A DNA stretch of 64,000 nt from Klebsormidium nitens (taxonomy: Eukaryota > Plantae > Klebsormidiophyceae). The DNA is taken from contig DF236957.1 in the NCBI GenBank assembly GCA_000708835.1, positions 415,629 to 479,628 on the forward strand, read 5' to 3'. Under the pieces are notes generated by a model. It saw nothing but the letters and a program-made list of their open reading frames with translations, made no database searches and had not been told where the DNA came from. This document shows positions 49,101-60,434 of the stretch, one piece after another. Made by a program: the position numbers and the translations under genes. How positions within the stretch are numbered: the first letter of the stretch is position 1; each line of letters starts with the position of its first letter.

Positions 49101-51747
49101 TCGACAACAAGCACACTGGCAGTGAAGAGACTCAAGCTGTTCTGCTCTAAGCAGAGGAAGATTCTGTCTCTGATGCCAGGGATGCGCAGCTATTATGTGT
49201 TCTGCTGGCTGCTGAATATGCCCACCCCTCTGGGAGCAGCGTGCGAACATTTGTTTCGCCAAGATCAGCGGTGCGATAGTTTTTTCAAGAAGCCAGGCAG
49301 CTCGCAAGGAACGTGGCGGGCTGGGAGTGACAATTGTGACGGCACACATATTGTTTCTCTCGCACGCCAGTCGCTCTTCCGGCCTAAAAGTTGATAACCA
49401 ATCAACGAATCTCCGTGGCTCTTATCTAAATCGACGTGTCCTGCCAAGTGCTTCTGCTTTCCTTATCGTTTTTGGGGTCTTGCTAATGTGCGCTCTGCGT
49501 GGGGCAAGGCTCTCAAAGTCATCAACTCTAACTCCTTAAGATACGTCAGCACCTCTTGATTTTTATAACTTAGATCTCTGCTTCTTAGTCTCCCATGCTT
49601 GAACTAGCCCTCGTGATATCTTATTGAGTTGCCTTTTTATGACCTAAGCACTATGGGAGAAGCTCGCAGTGTGTATCTCTTGTAGATAGACCGTAAGCGC
49701 GGCGCTTTGCAAGTGCAATTCAAGATCCGGACATATTCGGACGGATCTCCTGCATAAGCCAGCGGGGATAGAGAGAAAATACAAGCTCTTTTGTGGTTGA
49801 CAGACGACATGCAACTAATCGGTTGGTCGTGCTGGCCCTCTTTGGCCTCTTGGATTTGTTGCTTGATATGTCTTGGTTGTGCTCTGTCTCGTGGGTCAGT
49901 GATGAGCATCTGTTTGTTCGTTTGGTTTGATGTGCAAGGCCGTCTGTGCAATAGAGTGGACATAGGCCACGGAAAACACCCAAAGCTGGTTCTTGGTGGC
50001 GATGAAAGAAAAGGCGTGCACGAGCTCATTTCAGTCCAGCTCAACGCAGCCTGATCCAGCTCTGAGCCATCACGTTCACAGTGGAAAGTCAGTAAGCCCG
50101 CCTGCTTCTCTTGGCAAGGTAATTGCCTCGTTATATGCATGAGAACTTGGCCGAAGATGGATTGACCGGCTGCTGGCATCCACGGACCCCCGAAATTTGC
50201 ATACCCAGCGAACGTTTCTTGCTTCAGTCGTCCTTTGTTTAAGTAACCTTGTATCTTTTTCGGTTCTGGTCTGGCGGAAGTTTCGGTAGGATTGTAACAA
50301 CAACTGTCGGCTGCAGTGCGTCAGAGACTGTCTTTGGGTCACAATATCTTTTGGAGTACGGTCGGTACTTGGCAATGAAAGATTTGAAGAAGCTGGGCGA
50401 CAAGAATGCTCATTCACTCCATCTGAGAAGCCACCAAGTTACATCCATTTCAGACTGTTGGCTTTTCTGTGGACGGTATGTCAGCACTTTAAACGAACGA
50501 TCGCACATACTGCACTTGCACGTCTTCCCTTGTCCCCTCATGTTGAGCTATTTCCAGAAAGCTGCTCAGCACCTCTTTCAGGATCATTTACTCAAACGAT
50601 TGTTGGTGTCAGTCGCCAATCCCACCGCGGTTGCTTCCGCTCAGTCCTTGCCCCGACCCATCAAAGGTTCAAACCTTCAAAGAAGCTCCGCCGATCTTTG
50701 GATTTCCTACTCCTTGCCTCGGCCCTCAAGTTTTTCCTTTTTCGTGAAGATCCGCCGATGTATTCTCTTTCTCCCCCTCTCAGGTCCTCGGCCACGAGCA
50801 GCGGCTCTGGCTGACGACCGAGCTCCGCGCATCGCGCGCGCCCCTGAAGCTGGTCGTTGTCGGTTCGCCCGTGTTCAACAACCCCTCCCAGACCCCGTGC
50901 AAGGGCAAGGTCCCGAAGGACTTGACGGCGCCCGTCACGTGCCCTTGCTTCGACGACTTCGACTGCTACCGGCCGGCCCAGGTAATCAACCTTGGTTAGA
51001 CCGTTGATAAAAATGCAGTGGCAATGAGCCCACGTATGGAAAAGTACTGCTGTAATCTTCAACAAAAATTTACAGCGGTCAATGAATTTGCTTCATAAAC
51101 GCCCTTTTCAGGGATATCTAAGAAGGTAATCGAGGCCAAGTCTTCAACTTCGTGGTTTCTGTAAAACCATATATTTGAAGAGTATCTCTGAATAAGCACC
51201 AGTGGAAAATGACGTGCAGAAAATGACGTGCTTTGCACCCCAACCCACCCTAAGCCCCATACTAATCCCGCCCGGATTTGTCAAATTCCTTAGTACTAAG
51301 GTACCTTAATGTTGATACTGTTTACTTTGACCTCAGGTCGCGCTCCTCCATGCGCTCGCGAGCGCGCCCGGGTGCCCGGTTGTAATCACCGGGGACTTCC
51401 ACTTTTCGGATCTGAAGGTTTTGCGACCGGGAAAGAGTTTGTACAGCGAAGAGTATCAGTCGGAGGGATTGGAAAAGCCGATTTACCAAGTAATGGCGAG
51501 CGGGCTGACAGTGGACACTGCTAAGCCTGCCACGTGTCAAGGTTTCCACAGAGATCGGATGGGGCTGCGAGTGCCTGGAGAATGTGATTTTGTGGCTGGG
51601 CCCGCGTTCGGGGTTGTGGAAGTTGATTGGGAGCAAGAATTGGTTAGCTTGCAGATCAGGGACGGGAGCGAGGGGGAGGTACGAGTGGAAACTAGCTTCC
51701 ATCTCGGCACGTGCTTAGAGAAGGCATCACTTGCACAGCGAACTTGA
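40154..51747 (+). CDS. PhoD-like alkaline phosphatase D family protein with an N-terminal membrane anchor; exons 40154-40824, 41424-41542, 42446-42744, 43319-43467, 43795-44074, 50784-50981, 51337-51747
   Basis: Motifs PDAWIWAGDLAYLD, GTWDDHDY, FLLDGRYYRD, LGHEQRLWL and VITGDFH occur in PhoD order, with consistent splice phases. Confidence 0.88.
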
Positions 51748-53018
51748 GCTCAATTGGTGCGTTATGCCAGCTAATACTCGCAATATGCTGTCAAACCAGA
51801 ACCTTGCTAGGCGAAATAAAAAAATAAAAATAAAAATAAGCTCAGCAACGCAGTCAACAACGCATGCCTTTTGGTGAACAGGCCAGGTCTTGCACGAGAA
51901 GCCGTCCAAAGTTTAGATGTTTTCCGGTGATGCAGGATCTTTCATCATCAAAGTCCCCTGAAGGCACATGTGAGCACGATATTTGCAAAGACAAGCTCTT
52001 GTGTATGCATATACTAGATAACCTTCAATATTTGCGATATATACAGCGAGCTTGCAGATCAAGCATCAAAGCGAAGACATGTACTGTAGCTATAGTCAAC
52101 GGAACGGCAATTCTTCAACATATTAAACCTCGCGAATTGTGCACATGCCTGGCATGCCTGCTGGGATATCGAGCCATGCAGTAAAAAAGAATACACTGTG
52201 CATGCTACGCACGGTGATGCATGTTAAATTCCGCTGGATGGGCTGATCTTTCATGCAATGATGTGTCATGGATACATATCTTTACATGATGCCCTTGCAC
52301 ACTAGGCATACGTCATCGTGCATGTATTTACCATATGCGAAATCAAGACGGTCGGTCGACACACCGGTATTTAATAATTGATTGATCTGTCTGGGAGTTT
52401 TTCGACCTTTAAGCCCAGTGAGTACCGCCATGCAAGCATGCATCTATAGTATACATTGTTATACTGGGATCATTTGCGCAGAATTGGATACAGCACATCA
52501 GTGCCTAGCCTATAGAGCTACCGGCATGGGCGTCGGAGCTCACAATCAAGATCGCAGCCTGCATATGTTGACGGGCCTGCATGTGACTTATATCCGGTAT
52601 CAATCCAGTACGATGCTATGATGTACATAGAAGCATCATTCTCTAAAGTGCACAAGGCAATATAGCACAGAAGAAAACATGCTTCAATGGAAGCAATGCT
52701 CAGGCATATGGCACATCCATATCTCATGTTTCAACTGCGGTAATGCTGAAGAACGGCCGTTTGAGCATGACGACTTAGAAGTGTAGCACACAACAATGTC
52801 AGTCGTCTAAGAGTGGAGCTGCCCACGTACCGCTGTTTGTGGCAAGAAACCACATGCAGAAAAACGCCTTGCTAAGCACCTACTCACAGTATCGTACGCA
52901 CATCTACAATAGGAGCCAAGCACCCCTACAAACTGCTTTCACATAGTGCGGAGCCCCATATGAAACCAGGGCACCAGATTTGAGCCACCTAGTAGCAACT
53001 AGACCTCGACTCGAGTCC

Positions 53019-56000
53019 CTACGCTTGTCCCTTGGTATCAGCCATCGCAACCTCCAGCGTCCGCGTCTGCTGCGGGCGCGGGTACGCCATGACAAGCAGG
53101 TGGGTCCCTTGCAGCCGGCTCTTGCTCTTTTGCACGTCGATGCTCGACTGCAGCCCGATCTCATACCGCGTCTCCTCGGGGAACGTCTCGGTCCCCTTGA
53201 CAATCACCGTCAACCTTCCACAGTCGGTCAGCTCCACAGTCACTAGATCGGGCGAGTTGGCGTGCCATGGCAGGCCCAGCTTGACCTGGAAGAACGGACG
53301 CTTGCTCGCCTGGCCCAGGATCTGGCAATCTGTGACCGGGCGCGAGCCGCCGTCCGGAAGGATCTGGATGGCGAACGCGCCGAGCGGGGGCCCGCTCTTC
53401 TTGCTGTTGGCCTTGGATGACTTGGACGAGCGGCTGACGCCCGTGATGCCGTGCTCTTGGCGCTCCTTCATGGTCATGTGCGTGACGCCCTTCTTGTACG
53501 TCACGGGGTGCTTGTACTCAGCCTCGCTGATGTCCAGGCTCGCACGCCCAACCATCTGACGGAACCTGGGGATTGGAAGAGGGATATGCTCTGAGTAGGC
53601 AAGCAGATGCACCACTGACTGGGTAAGCAAGCTAAGCTCGACGAGGCCCTAGGGCTTGTATCCAGGCCGTTCTGAGATGCTTTAGTCATATTTGCAAGCA
53701 ACAGCACAAAAACCTGTACAGATTGAGAGCCAGAAAATCAGTATTGTGAGCTGGTAAAAAATGCAGCCCTGGAAGACTCTAGGACTAATCGGAGGTGAAG
53801 CAGGTCCAAAGTGGTCCATGACAATTGTTGTAGCCTCCAAGGATACAGAGCAAGATATGCTATGGAGAAAGAGCTGCCTGCCAGTGGACCTAAAGCAATG
53901 AACCTGTATGGCATTTGAGAAATTTGCAAGCAGATCAAAGAGAACTTGAATACAAAAAAGTCAATGATGGTGTCTCGAGAGCAACACAGTCTTGAGGATC
54001 TGAAGATGGACGGAAAGGGCACGATGCAGACGCCTAACAGAGTTGAACAACTGCACAGAGCTTCTGGGCCTCACCGTTGTGGAATTGTCTTTCTGTATTC
54101 TGGTCTAAAGCGAAGGTCAAGCAAGGCCCTACAGAGAGGAAGCTTTCAGGACCTCTCAGTAAACAGCAGCACTCTTGGCAAATTTTGGCCCCCACAGAAA
54201 ACAAGGACCTTACCATTCGATGTCATCCTGGGTAAGATCCACGTTGTTGAGGTCAGGATGGTGCTGGATCTCCAGGCCGTGGATGAGGCGCAGCCTGGTG
54301 AAGTCATCCTCCTCCACACCAAGCTCGGGATACAGCTTGGCCACACGAGCGGAGGAGTGAATCTCCTTCTGAGGATAGCTGACCTCCCCTGAACGCACAA
54401 TTACATCCAGGTAAGAATTGCGGGAACAAGTGTCTTTGTAGAGGACGTGGCTCTTGCCATAACGCAGAATAAGTTTCGAATGGAGGATTGCCAGGCACTT
54501 CCTGCTTTTGTCTGATTCACCTGGACAAAAGGATGGATCGAAGGGCTGAAAATGATGGTAAGCAAAAGAGCGTGTAAACACCAGGCCCTCAATACTGGGA
54601 AATGAGCCAGTCTGAGCGAAGATGCAAAAGAACACCCATGAGAACAGCGGTAAAAAGAAATACCTCTGCCAAAATGCACATGAGTGAACGCGACAAACAA
54701 TGCAGTGAGCTACTCATTTATGGCAGGCAAAATAGCAGGCGGAAGTCTGTCTTGGCAAGGAAGAGCACAAAAGCCAAAGCAAGTTCCAGCCTCTTCTATG
54801 TTTGGTAGTAGAAAGAGCAATACATCCTCCCACCTATGTTGTCTTTATGGGGCCCTGGTCATTGAGCACCGAGTACAATGCCTTACCTTTCTCTGGGAAC
54901 ACTTTCCTCAGAGCCACAAACAGTCCAGTGGCACTCGTGTTGTCCAGGGCTAGGGTCCTCCCATCCAGTTGAGGCCCCATGGTCTGGCCCAGCCTGGCAT
55001 CAGCCTCAGCAACCTTCTTATAGTACAGATTTCCAATGAAGACCTTGGGAATCTTGATGCCAGGATGCCCCACATACTTGGTTTCCGCAGAGAAGGCTCC
55101 ATCGGTCTTCTGCCTCTTCCTGAGAGGCTCATCTGTGGGGATGGCAGCTGCATGCTCGACCGGGATGGCCGTCCCCTTGACATAGAGTCGCACAAAGATG
55201 TTGGCAAAGCGGATACGGGCGGAGCGCAGAGCACTTTGAACTGCAAGGTGAACAAGGACTTGTCATTAATAGGTCGTTTGCTGAATATTACAATCGGACC
55301 TATGCTGTGACTGTTCCCAAAGAGTAAGGCCACACTCTGCTGACCAAATGACGTATGCATCTATTAGTTGCACACCGGCAGGCATTGCTGTAAAATGCTC
55401 ACATCAAGCCTCTAATACCTCTTTCATAACACTAGCTAGTTGCCCAAGACATTGTAACCCTACCATTTCTAAACCATCCCTCATGGTCTCTTCATGCGCA
55501 TCCATCGCTCTGGTGAAGAAACAACATGCGGCAACTCCGTGGCAAAAGCAAAAGCAAGAGCTGGCAAAAGCTCGTGCACCAGCTACTTTGAAGGCTCAAG
55601 CACGAACCCCTTTGGTTCACTCCCTTAACCCTACAAGATGCACAGCCACACAGCTCATGATGAACACCTCTGCATAAGCCTCCACTAAGATGAGCAAGAG
55701 GGCATTTTGACTCACGAGCGTTGGGCAGGGTCTGCAGCTTGTCCTCGTCAGGGGTCTGCAGCAGGCTTGTCAAGCTCTGGCCATGGTGCTGAGCATGATG
55801 GTGCTGCAGCTGCTCCTGCTCTGCCAGATGGTGGCCCAGGCCAATCTGGAGGTGCTCAGCCATCATGGTTGGAGGCTGGGGATACACGAGCGAGAGCCGG
55901 AAGGGCGGTTCTTGCACCCTGAGGAGAGCAGGAGAGGGGGACGATGCCCGACAGGAAGCGCCTGGCAGAAGCTGTGCTTGCAAAAATTTGAACTGCTTGG

Positions 56001-56247
56001 TCCAACCTCCCAACTGATCCTTCCAGAATAAGCAGTGTCAATGCCTTTTACATATCATGGATCAATTGGCAATTGACACCAAAGCAAACCGCTCCAGGAA
56101 GAAAGATTCCTGAGCACGCCTGGTGGAAACGCAAGAGGACGACGGGTCGTGGTGGAGAAGCCCCGCCTGCTCCTCGGTCATCCTCTCCGGGCCACGCGTC
56201 AGTCTGACCGCTTTGCCCGTTTCATCTTTTTGGGGGGTCTGCTTCAT
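53019..56247 (-). CDS. IDM3-like alpha-crystallin (HSP20-like) domain protein, about 559 aa; exons 56247-56080, 56019-55716, 55240-54887, 54520-54214, 53565-53019
   Basis: All junctions are GT-AG and phase-consistent. C-terminal ACD pattern FQVKLGLPW...VTVELTDCGRLTVIVKG...SIDVQKSKSRLQGTHLLVMAYPR. Central segments IGNLYYKKVAEAD and RLIHGLEIQHHP...QDDIEWFRQMVGRASLD resemble, from memory, the N-terminal domain of plant IDM3-like proteins. The ACD is better supported than the IDM3 label. Confidence 0.7.
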
Positions 56248-56322
56248 CCAACGGGTGTCATGCTGTGACGCCCGGGACACTCCACTGGGAGAATATCTTA
56301 GTGACGCATCTTCAGGTCATAC

Positions 56323-57011
56323 CAGTGTTAAGATTAGGTGCCCGGCGCCTGGTAAAATGGCACCCAATGGCCGCCCGGGACCCCCAGAGGGGGTCCTCAG
56401 GGTGCCCAACGGGCACCCAACGAAGAGTGCCAGGGTGCCCGGCGGGCACCCAAAGTTGGGTTCCAAGGTGCCCTGGGGAGTACCTTGAACAAAAGTGTGA
56501 ATTTGTATTTGCATATAACACAGCCCGGTTTCATGATCTGAGACTCTATAATTCACACTACTCCACAAGTCCTCGGTTTTCTGTGTACAGCTCGGGGGCT
56601 GGTTGCAGTCAGCAGGGCCCCCAACCAGCAGTCCTTGACACTTGTGGAACACAGGGTTCCCAGTTTGACATCCAACTCACACGGGGCCAGTGTTGCAAGT
56701 GCTACTTAAACTTTGTAGCTGTACAGCTGCCGGCTTCTCCAACGTGACACTGGAGAATCTCAAACGCACTGCGCATCAAAAGCTTGCACTCGGTCGGCTA
56801 CGGTTAATATGCACCAACCATGTAAGAAACGACGCTACTCTAGGCCCGGGGTGGCCGCGCCTGCTTGGGGCACCCATGGCGCGCCCCAGGGGGCCAGCCG
56901 CAAGGGCACACTGGGCACCCAATCCGGGCCTCTGGGGTGCCCACCGGGCACCCGAAAATAACCGGCAGGGTGCCCCAGGGCTCCCATCCCAAAAAGTTAA
57001 TCTTAACACTG
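56323..57011. mobile_element. Non-autonomous hAT-like MITE (689 bp)
   Basis: 14-bp TIR CAGTGTTAAGATTA / TAATCTTAACACTG (16 bp including the flanking AC/GT). About 12 subterminal GG(G)TGCCC/GGGCACC(C) motifs at both ends. No matching 8-bp TSD. Confidence 0.75.
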
Positions 57012-57759
57012 GTTCGCATGCAGCCAAAATCGACAGATTCTGGCGGTTTTGGCCGCAACCCATCACCGCATGTGACCAACACTTCGCCAAAAGTTGGAAA
57101 AGTACAATTCGATCGCGCGATCGTACCATCAAAACCAGCAGAATCTGCCTGCTAGTCGGGGGCACCTATCAGAATTTGTCGGTCCCAACATTCCATACCG
57201 AGCACTTGTATGGTCTAAATGTGCTGACTGCCAAGGCCCGGTAGGGGCTTTGTATTTTCCATCTTTTTCCCTTACGATTTAAATGCATTTTTCGGGGCTC
57301 AATCATTGGGCTTGCCAACACTCTATCGAACGCCTCGTCGAAAACACTGTTTTCAAGCGATTCGTCCGTACCGAAATCGTACAGCCCAAACCAAAGTCAA
57401 CCCACTACATTCTGTCGGAAATGTGTCGATCTTGGCGGCATGCGAACAGCCCCTAATAAGGCAGCGTAATATATAATAATAGGGCAGCGCCCTTAGGGCC
57501 TCGTCGCATGCGGCCGGTTCCGCTTATTGCTTTGCGGGGACATTGCGGGTCCACGTGCCATCAGCCCATCGCGGAAAGGTTGCCGCATGCCGCGGCTTGC
57601 CGGTCCGCGTTCGACCGGCCGGCGCGCGGCTGCAGGTTGACCAGTCAGCAGCCAGAGAGTCGGCTTTCACAGTCAGCCAGTCACTGCATGTTGTCATTGT
57701 CAGTGCATGCCGCCCGCACGGATTGCAGGCCTGCAAGCGTCTGACTTTGAAGGGCCACC

Positions 57760-59732
57760 ATGGATTCTGCAAGGGGTGCAGCCATTGCAGCAATTGCTGT
57801 TACCACAGCTAGCCTTTTACTAGCAATAGCCTCGATTCATGGAACTGTCATCTGCTCTATTGACGACATTCTTCAAGGTCGAGCTTCCAGCTTTTCAAGC
57901 CGAGGATCTTACTTCTCAGTGGATGACGAGGAGGAGGATGCGGAGATGGCATACATGGCCTTGAAGATGGAGCGTGATGATGCAGCTGCCGTGGTTATGG
58001 CACACTTTGGGAGAGAGATTCTCACAGATGTCCAGCTCTTCGGATCAAACATTGGTGACTGGTATATCAAGCCTCGTTCTTTGACATGGTTTGACAACTT
58101 TGTTCAGCAAGTTTATGACAAGGAACGCTGGAAGCGTCTTTTCAGGGTTGGCAGGGAGTCGTTCATGTATCTTCAGGAGAGCTTGGGTGAGCATCTGGTA
58201 CGCACGCCTCCTGACAGCCTTGCAAGAGCTATACCAACCAGGCTTTTGTCGGTAACCAAGCAGATTGCTGTAGGGCTCTTCAAACTTGGTCATGGAGGGT
58301 CCAATTTTGGAGTGGGAGAGCTATTTGGAATTGGTGACAGCACGGTGAGTGATGTTGTGTGGAGAGTGGCACAGGCAATCATGCTCGTTGAAGGGCCCAG
58401 GAGATTGCGCTGGCCTGCAGAAGGGGAGGAGCGAGCACTTGCGATCGCTCAAATGGAAGCAGTCCATGGTCTACCAAATTGTGTAGGTGCAATCGACTGC
58501 ACATATATTCTCCACGAGGCGCCTGCTGGTCATCTTACAACAGACTACTTCGATCGCGATCATAACTTCAGCACGGTGGTGCAACTGGTTTCAGATGTGA
58601 GTCCTTTCTACCGACCCTTCGTAAGTTGCGGCTTTAGAAAGAAGGTTCTGTCTTGAAGCACTCTGCCTGTCAGGCCGTTATCAGTGCCCTTACCATGCTG
58701 ATTCTTGGATTCAGATTTTGCACTTAGTTGTTCTCTTTGTCCGTTCGAAGAACCGCTGTGAGTCTCGTGCCCAGGAAGCATCAATCTGATCAGCAGTCGG
58801 TCACAAAAAGACCTTATGTAGTCGCGGTTTTGTGGGATGTGTGGACATTCTCCTACACATGCTTCTTCTATGCAACAATGCTTCCAGCACGTTTGTTGTT
58901 GGTCTCTCATTGTAGAGCTTCACTCAGACTAGAACTATGTACCCCTTTGTTCAATGCTTTGGCTACCGGTGGATTTTGTCTTCTAGCACTGTGGTTGTGG
59001 GAGATTGGCATTTTGCAATCAACAACCAGCAGATTGGAGATCTATCAGATTGAAATCTTTTAGGTGATGTCCTTGGCACTCAGGTTCAGGAGTGTGGTTG
59101 AATGCAAAGACCAGTTTCTAATCGGCTCACTTATTGCAACCTTGTACGAATATTTCAATCTTTGAAAATACCGATCTCCCTCTCTACTGCAGCAGGAGCA
59201 TCGTATCCTTCATGTAAACGTGGGCTTTCCGGGATCAGTCCATGACGCGCGCGTCCTCTTCAATTCGGCAATCTTCAATGACACAGAGCAATTTTTGGGA
59301 GGGCCATCAGTGGACGTCAACGGGGTTGCTGTACCGCAAATGCTCGTCGCGGATGCTGGGTATCCCAATGTCCCGTGGTTGTTGACCCCTTTTCCTGGTC
59401 ACCATCTTAATCCAACCCAGTCGAGTTTCAATTACAAGCAGTCCAGCACGAGAATTTGTGTCGAGCAAACCAACGCTGATCTGAAAGGAGTACAGCGATA
59501 TCTTATTCAACGGGTGCAACGACCAAGCCCGATAAGACTGCCTATCTATGTAGGGGCATGTGCGATTTTGCACAATCTGAGATTAGATATGGGCGACGTA
59601 ATGGATCGCGACCTTCGTTTCAGGGCGGCAAGGTTTGTTCCCAATTTGGACCTGGTTCCTGATGCAGCTTCGGACGTAGAAAGGGCTGCCCAAATTCGAG
59701 TAGCAATAGCCGAAGCCTTGTACGATGATTGA
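57760..59732 (+). CDS. Harbinger DDE transposase (HARBI1-like), exons 57760-58596 and 59193-59732 (about 458 aa)
   Basis: FRVGRESF, HTH region QIAVGLFKLGHG...ELFGIGDSTVS, GAIDCTYI (D1), GFPGSVHDARVL (D2), ADAGYP, RICVEQ (E). No stops or frameshifts after splicing. Confidence 0.95.
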
Positions 59733-60434
59733 TATCTATTGTAACATGAGCTTTCAAAGCAACTGAATTGTAACAAACTTTCGTCTTTCGGAGGGATGTT
59801 CAAAGGCATGGCAATGGCAACTATCATTTGCAACATGCCAGGTCTCTAGCATACTAACTATGAACTAGTCATCTATGAAAGCCGCGAAGACGGTCTGGCT
59901 GGCCCAAGAAAGATGCTTCTTTTGGGTTCGAAGTTGTGTAGACACAGACGCAGATTGCCCATTCGTGGAAACGCGATGCGTTCGCATATCTCACTTGGTT
60001 CCGTATACGGTTGTCATGGTGTCTTCGCAGACGCTCATCATTCTCCTTTTGATGTCATGTAATTCACATGCCGAGTCCTCCATTGCGATTACTTACGTGG
60101 AAAGTGCTTCTTGCTTGTATTGCAATCATGCATGATATGCAATGAGCACCATGGCTAGTAGTGTGATCAAAGGCTAGTGCAGCGGATTATCATACGGCTA
60201 GGTAAAATATGTCTAGCCCCATCTAAGAAAGATTGCATGTATGATCAAGGTCGCCCTAATTTCCTCATGCAACGCTATTGCCTCTTGGCAAACCACATAA
60301 AAAGTCCGTTAACCATGGAAGCAATCATATTGCACCTACGTTACATGCCCGTCATTGCCAAAGCATCTACTATCAAGCTCAACAAATGAATGGAACATTT
60401 TGATTGAGGCGACCATTATGAGTGTGACACTTTT

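Noticed and set aside
51750-52900. Outer TIR that would make the ACD gene true Harbinger cargo
   Set aside because: I found no match to the Harbinger TIR, the MITE TIR or the 63-kb foldback motifs here. The cargo model remains unproven.
56480-56800. hAT transposase C-terminal remnant inside the MITE
   Set aside because: Only vague resemblance in short, interrupted frames.
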